From positions 12,148 through 76,147 of the forward strand of contig CAJMBK010000002.1 of NCBI GenBank assembly GCA_905211645.1: a stretch of 64,000 nucleotides of DNA. The letters run 5' to 3'. The position numbers were made by a program, and so were the translations under genes. The notes beneath the pieces were generated by a model. It ran no database searches. It was not told the DNA's origin and was given only the letters and a program-made list of their open reading frames with translations. Source of the DNA: an uncultured Bacillales bacterium (GTDB lineage: Bacteria; Bacillota_I; Bacilli_A; RFN20; CAG-288). This document shows, one piece after another, positions 57,871 to 64,000 of this stretch; position 1 is the first letter of the stretch; each line of letters starts with the position of its first letter.

Positions 57871-58923
57871 ATGAAATTAAATCGATATGATCAGATTCTA
57901 AAGCTCATCGTTGATGATTTTATTGAGACTGCTCAGCCTGTTGGAAGTGAAGCATTGCTTTCAAAACATAACTTGGATTGTTCCTCTGCCACAATCAGAA
58001 ATGTTATGGTTAGACTTGAAGAGGATGGTTACATCGAAAAAACTCATACTTCTTCAGGAAGAATCCCAAGTAAGAAAGGTTATGCTTACTACTTACAAAA
58101 TCTTGATGTTGAAGAGACTGAAAACGATGTTAGCAAGGAATTTGAAGATAACTTCAAACTTATCTTAGCTAATAAGAATAAGAGTATCGAAAACGTCATG
58201 GAGCATTCATGTAAAGTTCTCTCTGAGGTTACTAACTTAGCAACTGTCTATTTAGGTCCAAAAGCTAGTTCTGAAAAACTTGCTTCAATGCAACTTATCA
58301 GACTCAGCAATCAAACAGTTTCCATCATTTTAGTAACTGATCAAGGCTATGTTGAAAATAAGACCTTCATCATACCTAACGACATCAACGTTGAGAATTT
58401 GAATAAATGCGTCGAATTGATTAACCAAAGGGTTGTTGGTACTTCGCTTGATAGCCTTCAAGAGAAGATCACTCAGATTGGTCCACTTCTTACTAAACAA
58501 TTAGGTAAGGAAGCAAACCTCATCATGGAAGCTTTCAAAGAAGCAGTCATCATGGTTGCAAAAAACCGTGTCATGTCATTTGGAAAAGATAAGCTTCTCA
58601 CAATGCCTGAGTACAATCAAAGTAAAGATGACTTGCAAGACATCATCAAAACGATGAACGATGATGACGAGATTGCTGATAAAATCAACAATTCCAAAGA
58701 CTTGCATGGTATCAAGGTTAATTTATCCAATGAAGATGATTCCAAGGATATCGCTGTTGTTTCAAAGAACATAGGTAATGACAACAGCAAAGGTCAAATT
58801 GCAGTTGTCGGTCCAAAACGTATGAACTACAAAAAAGTTATTAAAGCTTTGGAGGCAATCGGGAAGATCCTTGATGAATATTTCTATGTAGAAGGAGAGG
58901 AAGATGAGCAACAAAGAAGATAA
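57871..58923 (+). CDS. hrcA: heat-inducible transcription repressor HrcA
   Basis: N-terminal winged-helix region (ILKLIVDDFIETAQPVGSEAL) and the HrcA C-domain. The start at 57871 lies behind GGAGGAG. The ORF-track start at 57844 would overlap CIRCE. Confidence 0.85.
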   Translation: MKLNRYDQILKLIVDDFIETAQPVGSEALLSKHNLDCSSATIRNVMVRLEEDGYIEKTHTSSGRIPSKKGYAYYLQNLDVEETENDVSKEFEDNFKLILANKNKSIENVMEHSCKVLSEVTNLATVYLGPKASSEKLASMQLIRLSNQTVSIILVTDQGYVENKTFIIPNDINVENLNKCVELINQRVVGTSLDSLQEKITQIGPLLTKQLGKEANLIMEAFKEAVIMVAKNRVMSFGKDKLLTMPEYNQSKDDLQDIIKTMNDDDEIADKINNSKDLHGIKVNLSNEDDSKDIAVVSKNIGNDNSKGQIAVVGPKRMNYKKVIKALEAIGKILDEYFYVEGEEDEQQRR

Positions 58924-59521
58924 GTTAGTTTCTGATAAAGAAACAGACTTACAAGAGGAAAAGAAAGAAGAAAATTTAACAAAAAAAGAGAAAAAAGAAC
59001 TTGAATCATTGAAGAAACAAGTTGATGAATTACTTTCTGAGCTACATAAAACTCAAGAGGAAGCTAACAAGTGGAAAAATGACTATTACATGGTCTACGC
59101 TGACTTAGCAAACACTAGAAAACAGATCGAAAAAGATAATGAAAATTACAGAAATTATCTTTCAATGAGTATCGTTGATAACTTTTTATCCGCTTTTGAT
59201 GCATTGGAACTTTCCACTCATCATAAACCCGAGGATGAAAAGGTTAAGAAATTTATCTCTGGAAACAACATGATCTTCAAGATGATCATGAAATCACTCG
59301 AAGATTTAGGTTTCTCAAGTTACCTCCCTAACCCAGGTGATGAATTCAATCCAACCAAGATGAATGCAATCGATTCTGTTCCTGGTGAAAAAGATAACTT
59401 AGTTTCATCAGCAACATGCAGAGGTTACTTCTATAAAGATAGAATCTTACGTCCTGCAAACGTTGTTGTTACAAAGAAAGAAGAAAATCGAACTCAAGAA
59501 AATAAAGATGAATCCAAATAG
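58904..59521 (+). CDS. grpE: nucleotide exchange factor GrpE
   Basis: 205 aa with a K/E-rich N-terminus and the GrpE coiled-coil plus β-domain. Confidence 0.85.
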   Translation: MSNKEDKLVSDKETDLQEEKKEENLTKKEKKELESLKKQVDELLSELHKTQEEANKWKNDYYMVYADLANTRKQIEKDNENYRNYLSMSIVDNFLSAFDALELSTHHKPEDEKVKKFISGNNMIFKMIMKSLEDLGFSSYLPNPGDEFNPTKMNAIDSVPGEKDNLVSSATCRGYFYKDRILRPANVVVTKKEENRTQENKDESK

Positions 59522-59552
59522 GTTCATAAATAGATAAAGGAGATTATTTATT

Positions 59553-61379
59553 ATGGCAAAAGAAGTTATTTTAGGTATTGACTTAGGTACAACTAACTCC
59601 GTCGTTAGTTACATGCAAGAAGATGGTAAGGTTAAAGTTATTCCAAATCCAGATGGTTCCAACACCACACCTAGCGTCGTCGCTTTCAAGAATGGTGAAG
59701 AAATTGTTGGTGCTACTGCAAAGAGACAAGCTTTAACAAATCTTGATACAGTTTCATCCATCAAGAGACATATGGGTACTGCATACAAAGTACACATCAA
59801 CTCTTTAAATAAAGATTTTACACCTCAAGAAATCTCTGCTAAGGTTTTACAATATATGAAATCATACGCAGAAGCAAATATCGGCCATCCAGTTAAGAAA
59901 GCAGTTATCACCTGCCCTGCATACTTTGATGATGCTCAAAGACAGGCAACCAAGGATGCTGGTACAATCGCTGGTTTGGATGTCGTTCGTGTCATTTCTG
60001 AACCTACAGCAGCTGCTCTTGCATACGGTATCGATAGCAAGAATGATGAAAAGATTTTAGTTTACGATTTAGGTGGTGGTACATTCGACGTTTCCATCCT
60101 CGACTTAGCCGATGGTACATTCGAAGTTATTTCCACTTCCGGTGACTCTCACTTAGGTGGTGATGACTGGGATCATGCAATTCAACAATGGTTGTTGCAA
60201 GAAATCAAATCCGAAACCGGCCTTGATTTATCAAATCAAAAACTTGGTTTATCCAGATTAAGAGACGAAGCAGAAAAAGCTAAGATCACTCTTTCCAACT
60301 CATTACAAGCTGAAATCAGCTTACCATTCATCGGTCAAGTTAATGGAGAACCTGTCAACTTTGAAACAACCTTATCACGTGCAAAATTTGAAGATTTAAC
60401 CCGTGATTTGTTACTTAGAACTGAAGAACCTGTTAGAAAAGCTTTAGCAGATGCTAAACTTACACCTGCAGATATCAAAGAAGTATTATTAGTTGGTGGT
60501 TCCACACGTATGCCTGCAGTTAAGGAACTTGTCACCAAACTTTTAGGCAAACAACCTAACCAATCCGTCAACCCTGATGAAGCTGTTTCCATCGGTGCTG
60601 CTATTCAAGGCGGTATTATCCGTGGTGACATCAAGGATGTCGTCTTACTCGACGTTACACCTTTAACATTAGGTATTGAAACTGCTGGTGGTGTTATGAC
60701 TAAGATGATCGACAGAAACACCACAATTCCTACAACAAAGAGCCAAATCTTCTCAACATATGAAGATAATCAACCTGGCGTTGAAATTTGTGTCTACCAA
60801 GGTGAAAGACCTATGGCACATGACAACAAGTTGTTAGGTAGATTCTTACTCGATGGTATCCGTCCTGCAAGAAGAGGTACTCCAAGAATTGAAGTTACCT
60901 TCTCCATCGACGTCAACGGTATTGTTAACGTCAAGGCAAAAGACCTTGATACCAACAAGGAACAACAAATTACAATCACCAATTCAACCGGTTTATCCAA
61001 GGAAGAAATCGATAGAATGGTTCAAGAAGCTCAAGCTAATAAAGAAGCTGATGAAAAACGTAAGAAAGACGTTGAAACCAGAAACGAGGCTGAACAACTT
61101 ATCTCTTCCATCGATCACGATATCCAAGATAAAGGTGATTCCTTACCTAAGGAGCAAAAGGATGCTGCTTTGAAGATCAGAGATGAAATCAAAGAAGCCT
61201 TGGATAAGAATGATCTTGAAGCAGTTAGACAAAAACTTGCTATGCTCCAACAAGCTGCTGCCCAAATGCAACAAGCTCAAGCAGCAAGCCAACAACAAGC
61301 ACAATCTCAACCTCAATCTGAAACATCATCCAATGATGATTCAAATGTTGTTGATGTTGACGCTACTGAAAGCAAATAA
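59553..61379 (+). CDS. dnaK: molecular chaperone DnaK (Hsp70)
   Basis: 608 aa with canonical Hsp70 motifs IDLGTTNS and [10 protein letters not shown]-rich C-terminal tail. Confidence 0.95.
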   Translation: MAKEVILGIDLGTTNSVVSYMQEDGKVKVIPNPDGSNTTPSVVAFKNGEEIVGATAKRQALTNLDTVSSIKRHMGTAYKVHINSLNKDFTPQEISAKVLQYMKSYAEANIGHPVKKAVITCPAYFDDAQRQATKDAGTIAGLDVVRVISEPTAAALAYGIDSKNDEKILVYDLGGGTFDVSILDLADGTFEVISTSGDSHLGGDDWDHAIQQWLLQEIKSETGLDLSNQKLGLSRLRDEAEKAKITLSNSLQAEISLPFIGQVNGEPVNFETTLSRAKFEDLTRDLLLRTEEPVRKALADAKLTPADIKEVLLVGGSTRMPAVKELVTKLLGKQPNQSVNPDEAVSIGAAIQGGIIRGDIKDVVLLDVTPLTLGIETAGGVMTKMIDRNTTIPTTKSQIFSTYEDNQPGVEICVYQGERPMAHDNKLLGRFLLDGIRPARRGTPRIEVTFSIDVNGIVNVKAKDLDTNKEQQITITNSTGLSKEEIDRMVQEAQANKEADEKRKKDVETRNEAEQLISSIDHDIQDKGDSLPKEQKDAALKIRDEIKEALDKNDLEAVRQKLAMLQQAAAQMQQAQAASQQQAQSQPQSETSSNDDSNVVDVDATESK

Positions 61380-61393
61380 TTTAATGAAACTAC

Positions 61394-61424
61394 ATGAAGG
61401 TCACTTTTAAGTGGTGACCTTCAT
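61394..61424 (+). other. perfect 11-bp stem-loop between dnaK and dnaJ (partial terminator/processing site)
   Basis: ATGAAGGTCAC-TTTTAAGTG-GTGACCTTCAT followed by a weak T-rich stretch. Confidence 0.4.
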
Positions 61425-61453
61425 ATTCTTGTTTATATATAAGGAGTACAGTT

Positions 61454-62596
61454 ATGGCAGAAAAAAGAGATTACTACGAAGTACTTGGCGTCAGTAAGAC
61501 TGCTAGTGCTGATGAGATCAAAAAAGCTTATCGTGCCTTAGCTAAAAAGTATCACCCTGATCTGAATAAAGCTCCAGATGCTGCTCAAAAATTCGAGGAA
61601 GTTCAAGAAGCTTACGATGTTCTTTCCGATGAGCAAAAGAGAGCAAATTACGATAGATTCGGTCACGCTGCATTCGATCCAAACTCCGGTATGGGTCAAG
61701 GCGGTTTTAATCCAAATGACTTTTTTGGAGATGGTGGTGTAGATCTTGGTGATATTTTTGGTTCCTTTTTCGGTGGCGGAAGACAAAGAAGATACAGCAA
61801 TCCTAATGCACCAAGAAAAGGTGATGATATTCTTGTAAGACAGAAGATTTCCTTCATGGACTCTGTTTTTGGTAAGGAAGTAAAAATTTCTGTAACCGTT
61901 AATGAGAATTGTATGTCCTGTTCTGGTACAGGTGCTAAAGCAGGAACTTCTGCTTCAACATGTTCATACTGTAATGGTACTGGTACTGTCAGAGTACAAC
62001 AACAAACTATTTTTGGTACAACTATTAGAGAAACAACATGTCCTCATTGTAACGGTACTGGTAAAGTTATCAAAGATAAATGTCCTGATTGTAACGGTCT
62101 TGGCTATAAGAAAGTTAAAAAGGATATCACTATCAACATTCCTGCTGGTATTCAAGATGGTCAACAACTTCGTGTTTCCGGTAAAGGTAACAGAGGTGTT
62201 AACGGCGGTCCAAATGGTGATATCTACATCGATATTGTTGTTACACCAGATGATAGCTTTACAAGAAAAGGTAATGATATCTATATCAAAGTCCCAATCT
62301 CAGTTTGCGATATGATTACAGGTTGTGAATTGAAAGTTCCAACCGTTTACGGTGACACTGTTGTTAAGGTCCCTCAAGGACTTAAAGTTGGTGCCGTGTT
62401 ACGTTTGGCTGGAAAAGGTATCAAAGTTGGTTCCAGAGTTGGAGATCAATACATTGAATTGGATTGCCAAATCCCTACTTCATTAACCGAAAGACAAAAG
62501 GAATTAATCACAGAATTTTCTTCAATTGAAAAGGAAAAGCAAGCTAATAAGACATTCTTTTCAAGATTCTGGGATAAATTTAGAAACAGAAAATAA
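61454..62596 (+). CDS. dnaJ: molecular chaperone DnaJ
   Basis: J-domain with HPD, a G/F-rich region and four CxxCxGxG zinc-finger repeats. Confidence 0.95.
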   Translation: MAEKRDYYEVLGVSKTASADEIKKAYRALAKKYHPDLNKAPDAAQKFEEVQEAYDVLSDEQKRANYDRFGHAAFDPNSGMGQGGFNPNDFFGDGGVDLGDIFGSFFGGGRQRRYSNPNAPRKGDDILVRQKISFMDSVFGKEVKISVTVNENCMSCSGTGAKAGTSASTCSYCNGTGTVRVQQQTIFGTTIRETTCPHCNGTGKVIKDKCPDCNGLGYKKVKKDITINIPAGIQDGQQLRVSGKGNRGVNGGPNGDIYIDIVVTPDDSFTRKGNDIYIKVPISVCDMITGCELKVPTVYGDTVVKVPQGLKVGAVLRLAGKGIKVGSRVGDQYIELDCQIPTSLTERQKELITEFSSIEKEKQANKTFFSRFWDKFRNRK

Positions 62597-62627
62597 ACTT
62601 TTTTGACTTATTGAGAATATGTTTAAT

Positions 62628-62656
62628 AAAGCCCTTCAATAAAAGGGCTTTTTTGA
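62628..62656 (+). terminator. rho-independent terminator after dnaJ
   Basis: AAAGCCCTT-CAATAAA-AGGGCTTT followed by TTTTG. Confidence 0.7.
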
Positions 62657-62674
62657 TTTTTATAATATATATTT

Positions 62675-62688
62675 TGTAAGCGGTATCA
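62675..62688. promoter_or_regulatory. cre-like / LacI-family operator-like site TGTAAGCGGTATCA
   Basis: Fits TGWAANCGNTNWCA. It is embedded in the longer palindrome TTGTAA…TTACAA and lies about 160 bp upstream of a sugar-binding lipoprotein gene. Confidence 0.35.
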
Positions 62689-62848
62689 TTTTACAAAAGA
62701 GTTGATTTTTCCGAACTTTTTTATATTGCATAGTCAAGACGTAAAGAAATGTATAAAATTTCTTGAAAGCGTTTTATTAAGTTTGTAAAATATTGCCATA
62801 GTATAGAAGCTACTATAAATTTTCATTGAAAGGAGTTATAGAAAACAA

Positions 62849-64000
62849 ATGAAAAAAGTTATTAGTTTAGCTGCAATTTCCTTGTTATCATTGGGTACAG
62901 TTTCTGTTCTCGCATCATGCGATCCAACAGATGATTCTTCAACTTCTAGCCCAGATGAAACATCTTCATCATCAGTCCAAGAACAAGAAGTTGGTGATGG
63001 TGTCAATTCTATCGACATTCAAGTATCTGTAGAAGAATTTGAACACATGAGTGCAATCGTTCAACGTTACAATACACTCATGAAACAAAACGGACATGAC
63101 AATTACACCGTTAAATGTAGATTGGTCGGTATCTCTGAAGGTGACATCGGTAACAAGTTCAATGCCGCTCCAGCAGATCAACCTGTTATCTTACACGCTC
63201 CAGGTAACAACTCTCAAGACTGGGCTGCTACTCAAAAATTACATGCACTTGTTCCAGATGCAGTTTCACTTGCAAATAATCAAACAATGAATGTTGCTGA
63301 AAGTGGTTTGGTTAAGGATTCTAATGAAGTCTACGGCGGTGCTTTCACAGTCAATACATTCTTCTTAATTTATAATAAGAATGTTTATACTGAGAAGAAT
63401 GATGTTAAAGACATTCTTTCCATGGGTAAAGCTTTGAAAGAATATAACGAAGCAAATCCAGATAATCAATTCCAATTCGCAGTTAACTGCGACTTCTTCA
63501 ATGGTTGGCAAATGCAATCATTCTTATTCAGAAATCATGATAATCAAGATAGTGTTCTTGAAATTCAAGGCCCTCAAGGAAAAGATGAAACTCCTAATGG
63601 TTTCACTCAAGAAGGCACCAAAGATCAAATTGCAATGAACTTTATTGACTATCAATATTTGATTCAACACTCAGTTGATAAGGGTTTAGCTCAACCAGGT
63701 CCTTTAGCATTTAATAACACTGCTGCTTCTTCCATGACACCTAACACACCTAACAACTGTGCTGCTTACATTTCTGGTACATGGAATATTGCCGATGCTG
63801 AAAAAGCAATTGGTAAAGAAAACGTTGGTTGTGCAATCTTACCTCAATTCGTTGATGTTATTGCTTCCGAAGAAGCAGGAACACTTAATACTGATGCTGC
63901 AACTCTTATTGATACTCCAATGTGTCAAGACTACAAGTCAATTGTTATCAATGAACAAAAATACTCAACATTATCAGCCGATGCTAAGAAGGCAGTTGAA
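62849..64000 (+). CDS. ABC-transporter extracellular solute-binding lipoprotein (sugar-type, family 1), 5' part; continues beyond window
   Basis: The ATG at 62849 lies behind AAAGGAG. Lipobox LASCDP followed by a Ser/Thr-rich linker. The frame is open to the window end. Confidence 0.6.
   Translation, partial: MKKVISLAAISLLSLGTVSVLASCDPTDDSSTSSPDETSSSSVQEQEVGDGVNSIDIQVSVEEFEHMSAIVQRYNTLMKQNGHDNYTVKCRLVGISEGDIGNKFNAAPADQPVILHAPGNNSQDWAATQKLHALVPDAVSLANNQTMNVAESGLVKDSNEVYGGAFTVNTFFLIYNKNVYTEKNDVKDILSMGKALKEYNEANPDNQFQFAVNCDFFNGWQMQSFLFRNHDNQDSVLEIQGPQGKDETPNGFTQEGTKDQIAMNFIDYQYLIQHSVDKGLAQPGPLAFNNTAASSMTPNTPNNCAAYISGTWNIADAEKAIGKENVGCAILPQFVDVIASEEAGTLNTDAATLIDTPMCQDYKSIVINEQKYSTLSADAKKAVE

Noticed and set aside
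1-64000. Possibility that TGA is read as Trp (Mycoplasma code 4)
   Set aside because: Long conserved genes terminate at TGA (for example the 546-aa gene ends in TGA at 16463-16465, overlapping the next ATG). Trp positions are TGG. The standard code fits.
1-64000. CRISPR arrays, IS elements, prophage
   Set aside because: No regularly spaced direct repeats seen. No transposase, integrase, Cas or phage structural homologues among the ORFs.

Overview
This 64 kb window is AT-rich (roughly 30% GC by eye). It uses the standard genetic code: TAA, TAG and TGA all terminate clearly real genes, and TGG encodes Trp.

Gene content and synteny point to an anaerobic, low-GC organism of the Firmicutes/Mollicutes lineage, resembling Acholeplasma, Anaeroplasma or Erysipelotrichia:
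- a dnaE-polA-fpg/coaE operon
- PotA with an internal insertion
- hrcA-grpE-dnaK-dnaJ behind a CIRCE element
- infC-rpmI-rplT with an AUU start and an L20-type attenuator
- rubrerythrin

I call about 50 protein genes, one initiator tRNA-fMet, and many rho-independent terminators. I found no rRNA, CRISPR array, transposase, integrase or phage module.

Content in order:
- three small unassigned genes at the left edge, one carrying an in-frame TAG
- potABCD spermidine/putrescine transporter, and an upstream RimK-like ATP-grasp enzyme
- tRNA-fMet
- a phosphatase/permease/phosphodiesterase cluster (HAD / MFS / glycerophosphodiester phosphodiesterase / ArsC-family)
- Cof hydrolase and rubrerythrin
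- LacI-family regulator, then an EzrA-like coiled-coil protein, NifS-like cysteine desulfurase and ThiI
- rplT-rpmI-infC
- a lipoprotein, a GH3 glycosidase, a DUF2974 hydrolase, MalQ, an RluA-family pseudouridine synthase, a hypothetical membrane protein and CvpA
- fused Fpg-CoaE, PolA and DnaE
- a 627-aa unknown protein
- RlmB, then a SigH-like sigma factor with no canonical start codon
- peptidases (PepF, M32 carboxypeptidase) and DJ-1
- PNPase
- an operon of a small membrane protein and a Flg_new-repeat lipoprotein
- a TGS-uridine-kinase fusion and GreA
- a zinc-ribbon polytopic membrane protein
- ComEA/ComEC, CoaX, PepV and an NAPRTase-like protein
- hrcA-grpE-dnaK-dnaJ
- the start of a sugar-binding lipoprotein

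I did not find an unambiguous novel multigene system. The most unusual items are:
- the SigH-like gene with an AUA/non-canonical start
- the TAG-interrupted Cys-rich ORF in a three-gene unknown cluster at the left edge
- the Fpg-CoaE fusion
- the ATP-grasp ligase next to the polyamine transporter
- the zinc-ribbon membrane protein
- a candidate small-RNA/terminator pair upstream of the tRNA
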